Virus record (IMG/VR): IMGVR_UViG_3300032030_000035
Coordinates: 37,610-101,609 of that record
Direction: 5' to 3' (one strand)
Source of the DNA: a virus
Lineage: Duplodnaviria > Caudoviricetes
DNA: 64,000 nt
Part shown: in pieces, positions 29,707 through 40,608 of the stretch
How positions within the stretch are numbered: the first letter of the stretch is position 1
How the letters are laid out: every line of letters begins with the position of its first letter
Notes under the pieces: model-generated
What the model saw: only the letters and a program-made list of their open reading frames with translations
What the model was told of the DNA's origin: nothing
The model's database searches: none
Translations under genes and position numbers: made by a program

Positions 29707-30276
29707 TTATTCTTCTCGTCTTACGACTCTCCTTTTAGGAGCATCGGCAGTGTTACTAGTAGCGTCATCCGCAACTCGTCTAACTTTTTCAGACTGTTTT
29801 GCAGAAGTATCTTCAGAACCATCATCAAATCTTGTGTTCTGTATCTCTATTGCTTTGGTAACATTAAAATTAAGTTTCTCAAAAATAGCATCTCTTTTTG
29901 CAACGTCATTAAGGGGAAGAGATACTGCGAGACTTTTTACAATATCGAGAATACCTTCTGGTGCAAAGTCAAGTAAATCAAGAAAAGCGGCTTGAGAGCC
30001 ATTTACAAGAATATCTTTTACCTGATCTTCTGTATAGAAATATTCTCTTTCTACATCAAAACCCAATTCTTCAATAGCTGCTTTATCTTTTACAGCAAGT
30101 TTATTTAAAATCAGCGCCCTTCCGCCTTCTGAGTTATATAAAGCAAATAACTCACCAAACGAAATTTCCTTAGTCTCTTTCGGAGTAAAATGTCTTTTAA
30201 TGTGAAGTTCCGGAAGAGTATATCCTAAAGAACCAACTGATATATTTGTTACTTTAATCATTTTATTGTTATCCAT
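29707..30276 (-). CDS. Hypothetical protein downstream of major capsid
   Basis: 189 aa with AAGGAG RBS. Confidence 0.65.
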   Translation of the reverse strand: MDNNKMIKVTNISVGSLGYTLPELHIKRHFTPKETKEISFGELFALYNSEGGRALILNKLAVKDKAAIEELGFDVEREYFYTEDQVKDILVNGSQAAFLDLLDFAPEGILDIVKSLAVSLPLNDVAKRDAIFEKLNFNVTKAIEIQNTRFDDGSEDTSAKQSEKVRRVADDATSNTADAPKRRVVRREE

Positions 30277-30356
30277 ATTTGATTTTCTCCTTTTATCTCT
30301 TGTTAAATAATTAAAATGGGGGAGTAAAATTCTTACTCCCCCTTATTAATTTTTAA

Positions 30357-31451
30357 TTACTGGTTAATAACGCTAAGTGATGTGTTTTCGTATACACAGA
30401 TACCAGGATTTACAAGGTATGCTGCAACACCAACCTTCTGATATGTCTGGATTTCTTCAGACCAATCACGGTTCTCGAAAGACTTAACCTGAGCTGTTCC
30501 CTGGAACGCAATCTTAATAGGCTTCTCTGAACCTGTAGGAATAATATAAGCAAAAGCAGGATTGATAACCTTTACTCTGTTTGTATCATCTTCGAATGAC
30601 TGAGGAAGAATAATAACATTATGTCCCTTGTATGAAGCAAATGTACCATTTGCCCAATACTCATTCTTCATCTCGTTAGACCATCTGTCTGTGCTGACTG
30701 CTGTAGTAGGAGCTGCACCAACAGTAGACATAGCCCAAGCTGTTGTAGGAAGCATTGTTGTAGCAAATTCATATGTACAGTAAATAGTAGATTTACCATA
30801 AACATCTGCTGTCTGGATAAGTCTATCCATTTCTTTTTCGTCGAAAGTTGTATCTGTATGATAGTTAGCAGGTCTACCTGTAGAAATATCTGTTACAGCT
30901 GCTGCAAGAGCATTAGCGATTTCCTTGTAGATAGCCTCGTCAATACCTTCAAGAACGATCTGATAATACTCGTCAAGAGTATATCTACCAGATAAGAGCT
31001 CTTCCCACTCAATTCTAGCAGCACCACCGATAGCTGAAACAGGAACTTCGATTTCATAACCATCGAGTTTGAATGTTTCATATCTACCAGCAAGACCAAC
31101 CTTTGTGATGAACTGCTTTGCTCTCTTCTTTGAAGCCTCTGAAATTCTTACCTTGAATACAGGCTTATCATTGTTACCATATGTCTGAACATCAGCAAAT
31201 ACGCCGTATGCCTGAAGAACTTTAACAGGAACAACTTCTGTAAGACCTACTTCGATAAGTTCGAAAATAAGGTTCTTGTTGTTTCTGTAATCTGCGGCGG
31301 TCTTACCAAGTTCATTAAGTTCTTTATTAAATGTAGTTCTAATAGCCTCTGCAGAAAGGTCACTACCCTGGAAAGAGAACTTCTTAGCAGGATTTAAAGA
31401 TGCTTTAGCATTAGCTTTAGCTAATTCGATAAGTTGTGCTCTATCTAACAT
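30357..31451 (-). CDS. Major capsid protein
   Basis: 364 aa after protease-scaffold and decoration genes; strongly biased codons; followed by hairpin GGGGGAGTAA/TTACTCCCCC. Confidence 0.8.
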   Translation of the reverse strand: MLDRAQLIELAKANAKASLNPAKKFSFQGSDLSAEAIRTTFNKELNELGKTAADYRNNKNLIFELIEVGLTEVVPVKVLQAYGVFADVQTYGNNDKPVFKVRISEASKKRAKQFITKVGLAGRYETFKLDGYEIEVPVSAIGGAARIEWEELLSGRYTLDEYYQIVLEGIDEAIYKEIANALAAAVTDISTGRPANYHTDTTFDEKEMDRLIQTADVYGKSTIYCTYEFATTMLPTTAWAMSTVGAAPTTAVSTDRWSNEMKNEYWANGTFASYKGHNVIILPQSFEDDTNRVKVINPAFAYIIPTGSEKPIKIAFQGTAQVKSFENRDWSEEIQTYQKVGVAAYLVNPGICVYENTSLSVINQ

Positions 31452-31465
31452 TTATCTTTTCCTCC

Positions 31466-32035
31466 TTACTTAATTCTCATTAATTTTACTGCTGGCTGAC
31501 TGTCAGCAAGTGTATAAACTTTAACTACCTGGAACACAGGACCATCATAGGATGCAGGCTGTGTTGCTGTAAGATAACCATTAGCTGCAATATAAAGCGA
31601 TGTTGTAACTACAGGCATTACGGCTGCTGCTTCTGTGCTATCCTTAATTGCATTGATATCAGTTACTACAAAAGCATCCTCATCAATAGCGTTTGTTGTG
31701 AAAATATCTCCAACTTCTGTTGAAATAAGTCTAGGATAAATTTCACCACCAATGTAGTTACTCTTTACCATAGCGAAATCTTTATGATTCTGCTTTCTTT
31801 CATCGGGGAGGTCTTCCTCGTTATAAATAAGCATCCACTCACCGGCTCCGGTAAGATTTACTTTTCCATTAGCATAATCATATTTTGCGAATCTACCATT
31901 CTCGATTACGTCGCCCATTGTAGCTGTATCAACAGGTAACTGAGCAAGGATTTTACCCTCAACGATACCTGCAAGATGATTAGGCTCAACCTGAGCGAAA
32001 CCGATTCTAGTATTTGCTTTAGCAAATCCTGGCAT
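31466..32035 (-). CDS. Capsid decoration/cement-like protein
   Basis: 189 aa between scaffold and capsid; VEPNHL, ENGRF, VGDIFTTN, VVKVYTLADSQPAVK. Confidence 0.6.
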   Translation of the reverse strand: MPGFAKANTRIGFAQVEPNHLAGIVEGKILAQLPVDTATMGDVIENGRFAKYDYANGKVNLTGAGEWMLIYNEEDLPDERKQNHKDFAMVKSNYIGGEIYPRLISTEVGDIFTTNAIDEDAFVVTDINAIKDSTEAAAVMPVVTTSLYIAANGYLTATQPASYDGPVFQVVKVYTLADSQPAVKLMRIK

Positions 32036-32065
32036 TTCTGTATCCTCCTTTGTAAATTTAAAAAC

Positions 32066-33544
32066 TTATAAATTCTTTTCAACTTCTTTAACTGCTTTAA
32101 CCCATTCCGGCATAGCTGAAAGGTCATCTGCCGCAGTAAAGATAATAGGCTCATTGTTGACTGCTTTTTCTTCAACAACTTCTTCTGTAGCCTTCATTTG
32201 TTTTCTAGCAAACAGAATAGAAAGTTTAGATTCTATTTCGTTTAAGCTATATTTATCAATATTCTGAATTACATCAGCTTTATCTGCATCTGTTAACATA
32301 GAGAATGAATTGATTAAGTTATCTTTTTCTTTCCTATCTACATCAGCTTTAAATGCAACTAACTCGTTATATTTAGCTTCTAACTCAGCGTACTGATTCT
32401 TTAATGTGTTATACTCTGATTCTAAAAGAGAGTATTTTTCTTCTTCTTCTTTGTTAGCATCTTTCTTATCATCAGACTTATCGTCATCAGGCTTTTCATC
32501 TTCGTCCTTAGCGAACTCAGCAGCGGCAGGAGCTTCTGGAGCTACCTCTTCAGCAGGTGTAGCAACGGGTTCTTCTGCAACAGGTGTAGCAGCTTCCTCA
32601 GTAGCAGAAAATTCTGCCTCTGGAGCAACTTCTTCACTAGCCTGAGCAACAGGTTCCTCAGCAGTAGATACTTCCTCCGAATTAGCTTCAAGTGTACTTT
32701 CAGCATTTTCAAAAGTATTCTCTACAGTATTTTCAATTTTCTCTTCATTAATTTCAAGAGTTTTGTCCGAATTTTCTGAAAAATTTTCTTGAACTGTAGG
32801 AGCAACTTCTTCTGTCATATTTTCATTGGTAGGCATCTGTACTTCTCCTTTCGGTGTTTCTATTGTTTCTTTTAATTCCTTCATCATAGAGAATAAAGTT
32901 CTATTAAAAGTTTCATCTTTTGTGAACTTTGAACTAACTTCTGGTGCAGTAATAGTAGCACCTTCAAAACAAGGTTCTACATCTTCACCTAAAATGCAAA
33001 GTTTCGAAAAGATTGCGTCATTTATAATGAAAAATTCAACACCTTTATTAGTGTCAGTTGACCAATATCCTTGTAAACTTTCTTCATCAAGTTCCATTGA
33101 TTGATAATTTCCATCTTCAAGGATTCTTTTACATTCTTCGTATTGCTTAACCCACAGATAACCCTCTGTCATTAAGTAATCTCTAATAGTAACATTCCCA
33201 AACTCATCAGTTTCTTGAAATTTCTGGAACCATATTCTAGCATCAGGAGCAACAAAACCATAAGGTACTGTTAAAGTATTAAACTTAACTCCTTCATCAT
33301 CAATAATAATCTGCTCTCCATGGTCTCCAAAATCTTCTTTGTTTTCAATATAATGTCCGACAATAGGTACGCCTGGAAGAGTTTGCGCCATTTCAGACGC
33401 AACCTCTTTTGATATGAAACTTCCGTTTCTATTTCCTCCGACGTATAAAACTTTTATTTCACACTTTGCAATCGTTGGACTTATTGAAGTAATGTGAATG
33501 AACTCGGGAGCGTCAATAGTAGCAACGCTTAATTTTGCTGGCAT
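32066..33544 (-). CDS. Prohead protease-scaffold fusion
   Basis: N-domain NRNGSFI..PIVG..GYLW..QSMEL..LCILG..VEPCFEGA, followed by an acidic Glu/Ala/Pro linker and a coiled coil. Confidence 0.75.
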   Translation of the reverse strand: MPAKLSVATIDAPEFIHITSISPTIAKCEIKVLYVGGNRNGSFISKEVASEMAQTLPGVPIVGHYIENKEDFGDHGEQIIIDDEGVKFNTLTVPYGFVAPDARIWFQKFQETDEFGNVTIRDYLMTEGYLWVKQYEECKRILEDGNYQSMELDEESLQGYWSTDTNKGVEFFIINDAIFSKLCILGEDVEPCFEGATITAPEVSSKFTKDETFNRTLFSMMKELKETIETPKGEVQMPTNENMTEEVAPTVQENFSENSDKTLEINEEKIENTVENTFENAESTLEANSEEVSTAEEPVAQASEEVAPEAEFSATEEAATPVAEEPVATPAEEVAPEAPAAAEFAKDEDEKPDDDKSDDKKDANKEEEEKYSLLESEYNTLKNQYAELEAKYNELVAFKADVDRKEKDNLINSFSMLTDADKADVIQNIDKYSLNEIESKLSILFARKQMKATEEVVEEKAVNNEPIIFTAADDLSAMPEWVKAVKEVEKNL

Positions 33545-33556
33545 AACATCCTCCCA

Positions 33557-35104
33557 TTACATTGATTCTTTATTTGCTATCGTTTTTTCCGATACCATTT
33601 CGCCCTTTTCTTCATTGGTAGGTCGACCCGCACCACTTTCCTCCTTATTTCCGCTTTTATTAGTAACCTGGCTTATTGTATCACCATTCATAACAGAAGA
33701 CATAAGCGGAGGAATAAATACATTAATAAGATCAAGTATATCGTTTTCAAAATAAGCATTTGACAATATACTGCTCTGTGATTCACCAAGAGCAACAGCA
33801 GGAAGCATCTTAGAGAATCCAATTTGCATCTGTTCCTTATACATTTTAGAAAGTTCTTTATAATTATATATTGTTGTACTTAATAATTGAACTCTAAATT
33901 GTATCTTTTTACTTTTATTTAAATTTACTACTAATTCATTTAAAAATTCTTCAAATTGTAGTAATAAATTATACATTGTAGCGGCATCATTCTCAATAGA
34001 ACGATCTAATGCGGCGGAACTGTCGGTATTAAACTGAAGATATGACACACCGGCTTCGTTATAAAGCTGTCTTTCAATCGTTTTAAGGTCATCCGAACTT
34101 GATGTAGCACTTCCTGTCTCAGAAAAACTTTCTACATCAACATCCGCAAATGTTGTTAAAACTTCAGTACCAATCGCATCTCCAAGCATCTGAACTGCAT
34201 TGTTATGCATCTGCTGGATTTCATCTATATCGAAAATCAAATCTCCATTTTTATCAAGTGGAAATTTCTGTACGATAAGTCGCATAATTCTCTGCATTAA
34301 TTTTTTCTTATTTAAATCTTGAGCTTCGTCAAGGTCTATAATAAGTGGAATAACTGATATAAAAGGCGGGAACTCTTCATCATTAAGAGTAAATCTAACT
34401 GTCATAGTAGGGTCTAACAAATACCATCCCGCACTATCTCCGGGGTCTACTTTTAATTTGCCCTTTTTATATAAGTCATATCCTTTTTTAAACTCTTTCG
34501 GGAATAAGGCAACTACACGCTGTCTCATTTCTTCATTACTATACTGGTCATCAAAATACTTCATATTAAACTCAACCGCAGGTTTAGTTCCATATTTATA
34601 ACGACTTCTACAATAATTTAAAGGCAATTCTTGTAAAACATAAGAATTTCCTTTTTCTACTTTATATCCATAGTAAGCTCCAAATCTCATTACCTTTAAT
34701 GCAATTTCTCCTAAAATTTTCTTTACTGAAGCTGCATCTAATACATTAAGACATTTAATAAACTTCTCTATGATATCTTCGCTTTTCATTTTCTTATCAT
34801 TGATATATGGTGTTACAAACCAATCATATCTATACATATATGCCATATATCTCAAAATACGACCATAAATACCGCAAGTTTTAAAATAAAAATTAGAAAT
34901 TTCTCTCATCAATGAAAGGTTACCATCACTGATAGCTTTTAAAACATATTGTTTATCACCAAATTTTGGATTTGCTTTTTTATAACTACCAATATTTATG
35001 ATTGCATCATCTAATTTTTTAATACCAACTTGTATTTTATTAAAGTCCATCGGAGGTCTTACTTGGCTATAATCTGAATATATGTCTGCTAATCTATTAC
35101 GCAA
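33557..35104 (-). CDS. Portal protein
   Basis: 515 aa between terminase and protease; TTG start after GGAGG; size and position fit a portal. Confidence 0.75.
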   Translation of the reverse strand: MRNRLADIYSDYSQVRPPMDFNKIQVGIKKLDDAIINIGSYKKANPKFGDKQYVLKAISDGNLSLMREISNFYFKTCGIYGRILRYMAYMYRYDWFVTPYINDKKMKSEDIIEKFIKCLNVLDAASVKKILGEIALKVMRFGAYYGYKVEKGNSYVLQELPLNYCRSRYKYGTKPAVEFNMKYFDDQYSNEEMRQRVVALFPKEFKKGYDLYKKGKLKVDPGDSAGWYLLDPTMTVRFTLNDEEFPPFISVIPLIIDLDEAQDLNKKKLMQRIMRLIVQKFPLDKNGDLIFDIDEIQQMHNNAVQMLGDAIGTEVLTTFADVDVESFSETGSATSSSDDLKTIERQLYNEAGVSYLQFNTDSSAALDRSIENDAATMYNLLLQFEEFLNELVVNLNKSKKIQFRVQLLSTTIYNYKELSKMYKEQMQIGFSKMLPAVALGESQSSILSNAYFENDILDLINVFIPPLMSSVMNGDTISQVTNKSGNKEESGAGRPTNEEKGEMVSEKTIANKESM

Positions 35105-35140
35105 AAGTATCTTGCACCTCCCTTATCTATTTTAACGGCA

Positions 35141-35497
35141 TCAGTATCCCGCCGCCTTCATAATATAATCATAATTAATAAACTGTTCTTCCCAATAAGG
35201 GATAATTACCAGTGTTAAATTATGCCTTTTACAATATTCCCTTTTCATTTTATCGTTATACTGTTGCTGGTATAAACCCTTTTTGCCGCCAAACTTTGAT
35301 TTAGCTTCATAATGTTGAATACCCTGATATTCGATTAAGAAGTCTATATTGCCGTCATCGTCAAAAACGGCAAAGTCAAAACGTAAGGGCCTTCCGCTAC
35401 TGCTTACTAAATCTGTAAATATATACTCTTCTTGAAAAGGTAAGCCCGCCATCTCTAATATTTCATGGATTTTAATTTCTCCTCGACTTGCTTTCAT
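35141..35497 (-). CDS. Small Vsr/DUF559-like endonuclease-fold protein
   Basis: SRGEIKI..L, LRFDFAV, LIEYQGIQHY, DKMKREYC..LVIIPYW. Likely start is MKASRGE after GGAG. Confidence 0.7.
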   Translation of the reverse strand: MKASRGEIKIHEILEMAGLPFQEEYIFTDLVSSSGRPLRFDFAVFDDDGNIDFLIEYQGIQHYEAKSKFGGKKGLYQQQYNDKMKREYCKRHNLTLVIIPYWEEQFINYDYIMKAAGY

Positions 35498-35583
35498 CTT
35501 TTTTCTCCAAAAATATTTCCTAATAACTAATATAATGTAAAAAATAAGGTTTGGGCATTTATAAAAAATGCCCAAAAATTATT

Positions 35584-37335
35584 TTATCTTCCAAAAAACA
35601 TCATATCCGCAATATTATGAGTTCTTCGTCTCTTCTTTTTATTTTCATCTTCCTTAATATAATATAACGCATATTCAAAAGCAGAAAATTTATCTTTAGG
35701 GATGCCCCTATTATTCTGTTTTAGAATTATATTAACACCGTCATTAGACTCAACGAGATTTAACATTTGTTCCTTTAAAATGCTTGTCTGTTGATATGGC
35801 ATTAAATACTCATTACGCTCATCCGGAGTCATATTTTGACCTACTTTTGTCTGCATCAATTTAGCTTTCGCGGTCTGCTCATCTATCAATAACTTTATCT
35901 TACCGCTGCTTAACTGAGTCTGTACATATGAATGCGCTTCAGTATTGATAGGTGCATTAGCTTTAATTAAGAACATAGCGTTCTTTTCCGCACCTTCGAT
36001 TCTTAACTGCTTATAATCTTGATCAGCGCCTTCATAAGTTCCGCCTTCAACACCAAAAGCAGGAAGTTCAGTACCATCAATAGGATCGATTTGAGCTTTT
36101 GTCATAAAGTCAACGAATCCAACTCCAAGTCCGTTAGCATCGATAATAACTCGTCTAGCTTTAAACTGATAATAAAGTTTTTTAATATAAATTGCTTGTT
36201 CCTCAAAGTGGGTCGCCGCAAAAGAGTAGAGATTAACAAGAGACTTAATAGAATCTCCTTGTGGTTGCGGCGTTACTTTTATAACTGCCACTTCCGAGTT
36301 ACAATCTTTTCTACCTACATCAACACCAAGTATATAATAAGCACTTTTACTTGATTTTCCACTAAATTCTTTTTCAGACAAGAGCAAAACTCTATGTCTA
36401 TCAAAACTAGCACTGGAGAAATATGCATTATCCTGGTCTCCGCTCCAAACGCTACCATATTCTCGGTCAAAAGATGCTTCATTATAAGTACCAGATAATT
36501 TCATTTCATTAACCATATCTTTTTTAACAGCACCCTCTAAGATAGCTAATTCATAGTCTCCGCCAAAAACAAAATATTTATCTGGTTCAAAAATTGATGC
36601 GATTAATAACTCAATTTGTTTATCGTAAGCGAAAGAATTTTTCCATCCCGCAGACGTTATATATACTTGAGATTGGTTAATAACTTCATCAGGATCAGTT
36701 GTTCCATCCGGTAAATTCCTATCAACGTTAGTTGTAGGAATAATAATCTCGTTAAGGGACTTCTCTTCTACAAGGATAACCTCTTCTATCAATCCACCAG
36801 TACGTCTCTGACCACGGGAAGATTCCCTTGCCGCCAGAATATCAAGAACAGAGCCATTTCTAAAAACATACTTTAAGTTATCTTTTGATGTTTTAGATAC
36901 GCCTCTGTCAAAATTTATTTCACGACCAAGTGCGGGAATTAACTTACAAATTTCTTCCACTTTTGACATAGTAATTAACGCTGCCTGCTCTTTTCCGCCC
37001 GTAGTAACGAATAGTTTAGCGCCAGGGAAAAGTATACCTTTTAGCATAAGAGACATTATAGCCAAAAACGATTTACTAAAACCTCGAGTAAAAGTAGCAT
37101 AGACATATTTATGTCTCATGCATGCCCGCAAAAATATTCTCTGAGTGTCCCTAAATTTAAAAGGACAATCATCTCCTTTTATATCATCAACAAAAACATC
37201 TGGATATTCTCTATAATAAGCAATTAGTTTTCTTAAATCTGGCATCACCGCTTCTAATCGTTCTTGAGAGATTTCATCCTTTTTTAAATCGCTAGTATGT
37301 GAAGCAGACATATCTAACAAATTTTGTAAACTCAT
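35584..37335 (-). CDS. terL: Terminase large subunit
   Basis: Walker A-like TRGFSKS, RGQRR..LIEE Walker B, ITSAG, FDREY, nuclease GVDVGR and KDKFSA. Confidence 0.9.
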   Translation of the reverse strand: MSLQNLLDMSASHTSDLKKDEISQERLEAVMPDLRKLIAYYREYPDVFVDDIKGDDCPFKFRDTQRIFLRACMRHKYVYATFTRGFSKSFLAIMSLMLKGILFPGAKLFVTTGGKEQAALITMSKVEEICKLIPALGREINFDRGVSKTSKDNLKYVFRNGSVLDILAARESSRGQRRTGGLIEEVILVEEKSLNEIIIPTTNVDRNLPDGTTDPDEVINQSQVYITSAGWKNSFAYDKQIELLIASIFEPDKYFVFGGDYELAILEGAVKKDMVNEMKLSGTYNEASFDREYGSVWSGDQDNAYFSSASFDRHRVLLLSEKEFSGKSSKSAYYILGVDVGRKDCNSEVAVIKVTPQPQGDSIKSLVNLYSFAATHFEEQAIYIKKLYYQFKARRVIIDANGLGVGFVDFMTKAQIDPIDGTELPAFGVEGGTYEGADQDYKQLRIEGAEKNAMFLIKANAPINTEAHSYVQTQLSSGKIKLLIDEQTAKAKLMQTKVGQNMTPDERNEYLMPYQQTSILKEQMLNLVESNDGVNIILKQNNRGIPKDKFSAFEYALYYIKEDENKKKRRRTHNIADMMFFGR

Positions 37336-38600
37336 TTGTTATTATCATCTCCTTCCTCAAGAGCCTCTTGAACGGTTTGTGTATCTTCTATTTTTCCATT
37401 CTCTATAAAATTACTATACTCAATATAGTCTTCATTTGTATTTTCTATATTATCAAAGCCTTTTGCTCTAACCTCTTGCAACTCTTTCTCTCGCTCTTCC
37501 GCACTTTCGTGTAATTTAATATAATTTTCAATTTGTTGAGCAAGAGCAGTATCTTGAGAGATTAGCTGTCTTTGATATCGTTTAAGATTCTCTATCTTTT
37601 CATCAATAATATCTTTTGTGGTTTCAATATCATGGCGGGGTATCTTGCCGCCAATCTTCTCCGCAAAATATACTAACTGACCGACAGAATCAAATTCACC
37701 GGTCTTTTCTTCTTTTCTCTGAGCCTCTGTAAACTTAGCTGATTTCATAAGGGCATCGTAAACTTTCGCAAACTTCTGGTATGAATCTACATCGCCGCTA
37801 TCAATAGCCTCGTTCATTTTTAACGAGGTCTTACATATCATCTTAAGAGTATCGGTTCTTGCCGCACCTTGTATATCAAAAGAATCCATAAATTCTTTAT
37901 ATAATTCTTCCAGCGATACCCATTGTGCGGGAGTATAGTAAATACCCCATTTCATCGCTAAGTATTGCTTATCCTCTTCGGTTAAGTCTGAACCTACATC
38001 GGGAAGTTCTACAACTTCATATGGATGGTCATTTACAGGGTAAGGACTAGGAGGACCGCCCTGCCCGCCAATTGCCTTTGTAGGGTCAAGAGTCATAACG
38101 GGAGGTGCTTCATGCATCTTCTCATATGTGAGGAATTGAGCCTCACTAATTTCGCCATTCTCATAGGCTTCTTTCATTTTACAGATATCTTCTTCGCTCT
38201 TGGCATGCGGGCTTGCGAGGTTCGCCGCATCCTCTTCCGCCTTCTTCTGAAGCATCTCTGTATCTTTCCAACCATACTTTTGCCAATTCTTAAGTCGCAT
38301 CTTGGAAAGATATTTACCCATAACCGTCATACCAGTCATTTTATATGGGTCTTTTTGGTAAGCCCTATCCCGCAACACATCCCATTCTGATTTTACATAG
38401 GGGACATCAAACTTTTCGAGTATCCATAAGAATGTATCCTCTTGCCAGTTATTGACATGCATTGTAAGACAGGCTTTACATAGCTCGCATTTAGTTCCAT
38501 CTTTATAAGTATAGAACTGTGTTAACGCCATCGTCTTCCCGCATTTAGAACAGTACTGGTGGGCGTTTTCCACAGGTGTAATTTTAGCTATTGCCGCCAT
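37332..38600 (-). CDS. Zn-finger protein, probable terminase small subunit
   Basis: CSKC...CELCKAC N-terminus; overlaps the TerL start; KWG..Y...LE..Y segment. Confidence 0.5.
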   Translation of the reverse strand: MAAIAKITPVENAHQYCSKCGKTMALTQFYTYKDGTKCELCKACLTMHVNNWQEDTFLWILEKFDVPYVKSEWDVLRDRAYQKDPYKMTGMTVMGKYLSKMRLKNWQKYGWKDTEMLQKKAEEDAANLASPHAKSEEDICKMKEAYENGEISEAQFLTYEKMHEAPPVMTLDPTKAIGGQGGPPSPYPVNDHPYEVVELPDVGSDLTEEDKQYLAMKWGIYYTPAQWVSLEELYKEFMDSFDIQGAARTDTLKMICKTSLKMNEAIDSGDVDSYQKFAKVYDALMKSAKFTEAQRKEEKTGEFDSVGQLVYFAEKIGGKIPRHDIETTKDIIDEKIENLKRYQRQLISQDTALAQQIENYIKLHESAEEREKELQEVRAKGFDNIENTNEDYIEYSNFIENGKIEDTQTVQEALEEGDDNNK

Positions 38601-39702
38601 ACCTTATAATTTTAACTCCTTTCCGCGATTCCGCACTTGCTTTGTTGCGGCAGTCTTTGCATATAGAATAGAGTCCATCTTTACTTGATTTATTTTTTGA
38701 GAAGAATCTATTAGTACCTAATTTTATCTTGCCGCATCGAGTGCATTTTTTCCAATAACCCTTTTCTTCTTCTGTATAATGCCATAAGAGCCAATTCTCC
38801 TTAGCCTTTTCCGCAATTAATTTAGGGATACGGTTTTGCCATAAAGAAGATAAATGCTCAACAGAATAAGTGGTGTTGAATTTTGTTTTTAATCGCTCTT
38901 GTATTTCAATATTTGTGAACCCTTTTACTTTACAGTTGATAATTTCTAACATCACAGGATTCTCCGCAAAAGTTTCTAAAACTAGGTTCTTTAAATCTTC
39001 CAAAACCCACTTAACGTCTCCTTGCACATTTGACCAATTTCCTAAATAAAGTTTTTCATAGTTGCAAAGAAGTGCGGAGATATGCTTGGGGTTATAGAAG
39101 GAAATGATACCATCACTTTGTACATCGCCGTCCGCATCAATAGTAACATGCTCAGTAAAATCTATCTTTGAAAAAGATTTTATTACATTGATACAGTTTA
39201 CAGATTGCGGTTTGAACATACTTCTTAAAACGTACTGGTCTTTTTGTAGTTGAGTAAGTTGTTTATGAAGTATTCGTGAACGTTGACCCTTTGCCGCTTT
39301 TGCTTGCGCCTCTACTTGTTTTATATCTTCAACGAGTTGCCGCAAACCAGGTATTTCATCATATTCTTCTTCTGTTATTTTTTTATAGTGATAAAAAATA
39401 ATATTTTTATCATTAGTTATCATGTTGTAGATTGCGTCGCCGCAATTCTCATTATCCTCAAAGTGATTAACTAAGCCTTCAAAAGAGGTTTCCCGCCTAT
39501 TCACAGTTACCATGTGATTTTCGGTAACAATGTAGTGTTTTTTGAAGGTGGGGTCTGCCATAACAATGTATTTACCAAGAGCCTCAAGGTAAAAATTAGT
39601 TAATCGTTCAGGAGGAGTATTTGCAATGATTTCTTTTACTTTTTCAACTCTCTCTTCGCAAGTGGTAAGAGAGTAGTCCATTTTTATATAATCTGTTTCC
39701 AT
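38584..39702 (-). CDS. Putative transcription regulator (sigma region-4-like HTH plus C-terminal Zn finger)
   Basis: KGFTNIEIQERL..YSVEHLSSLW HTH-like segment; CTRC...CKDC. Start METDY follows AAGGAG and a TTGAAA-17-TATAAT promoter (39734-39762). Confidence 0.55.
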   Translation of the reverse strand: METDYIKMDYSLTTCEERVEKVKEIIANTPPERLTNFYLEALGKYIVMADPTFKKHYIVTENHMVTVNRRETSFEGLVNHFEDNENCGDAIYNMITNDKNIIFYHYKKITEEEYDEIPGLRQLVEDIKQVEAQAKAAKGQRSRILHKQLTQLQKDQYVLRSMFKPQSVNCINVIKSFSKIDFTEHVTIDADGDVQSDGIISFYNPKHISALLCNYEKLYLGNWSNVQGDVKWVLEDLKNLVLETFAENPVMLEIINCKVKGFTNIEIQERLKTKFNTTYSVEHLSSLWQNRIPKLIAEKAKENWLLWHYTEEEKGYWKKCTRCGKIKLGTNRFFSKNKSSKDGLYSICKDCRNKASAESRKGVKIIRYGGNS

Positions 39703-40608
39703 TAAAAATTCTCCTTTTTTTAACTCTAATATTATTATAACAAAAATTTTAAAACTTTTCAATAGTTTTTTGGTCAAAAGTTTTGCGGGAAGAGGGTTTT
39801 TTAGGGGAAAGGAGGATAGTGAAAATGTCATAATCGTGTTTGAAAACGAAAAAAATTTTTGGAGCGGGTGTTGTGGAGCAAAACCCATTTTAGCAAATTC
39901 ACCCAGAAAATCCCATAATACTACCCCCACATACCGCAAATCAGAGACCCTATCTTGTCTTTTACACGGGGGAGGGGTAGGAATTAATTCAAAACAGATA
40001 AGGAATCCTCGGTTTGTCAACTCAAGAGACAAACCGAATTTACGTATAATATCACTTTTACGCAAAAATTAGAATGATTTTATCATCACAGAACCAAAGA
40101 AAAAAATCCGAAAAAACACTTTTTTACCTTTTGACATTGATGTCATTTACCAATGGAAAACTGCATTTTTCTCTTGGCGTTTCACATCATCGCAATATGG
40201 TAGAAATCGCAAATCTTTCAAAAAATCCAGGGAAAACGCACGATGGCTACACGCAGCTACACCTATATATTATTCGTCGGTCCGCATCCTACCCGCGCGG
40301 ACCGAATTTTCGCATTATACCACATTTGTCAAATTTTGTCAATAGGAAAATTATACAAAAATATAGCAAAAATCTTCCCGAAATTTATACAGTTTGCCTA
40401 TTGACTTTTTCTTTGCGGCATGGTATAATTGTAGGTTAACGAGGATCCTGCTGCCTTAACTTAATCTTAATGTATCATAACTGAACCAAAATGTCAAGTA
40501 GAAAAAATAAAAAATTTTTTTTTATAAAAAGTATTGACAAGATAAACTTGCAGAGTTATAATGTATTTACAAGGTAAGGAAAAACCAAAACGAAAGGTGG
40601 TAAGCATT

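Noticed and set aside
994-39474. Short antisense or alternate-frame ORFs inside structural genes
   Set aside because: They are shadows of long codon-biased genes and lack RBSs.
39703-40439. N-terminal extension to 40065 and ORFs 39770 and 40074
   Set aside because: RBS and promoter define the start at 39702; the region contains regulatory elements.
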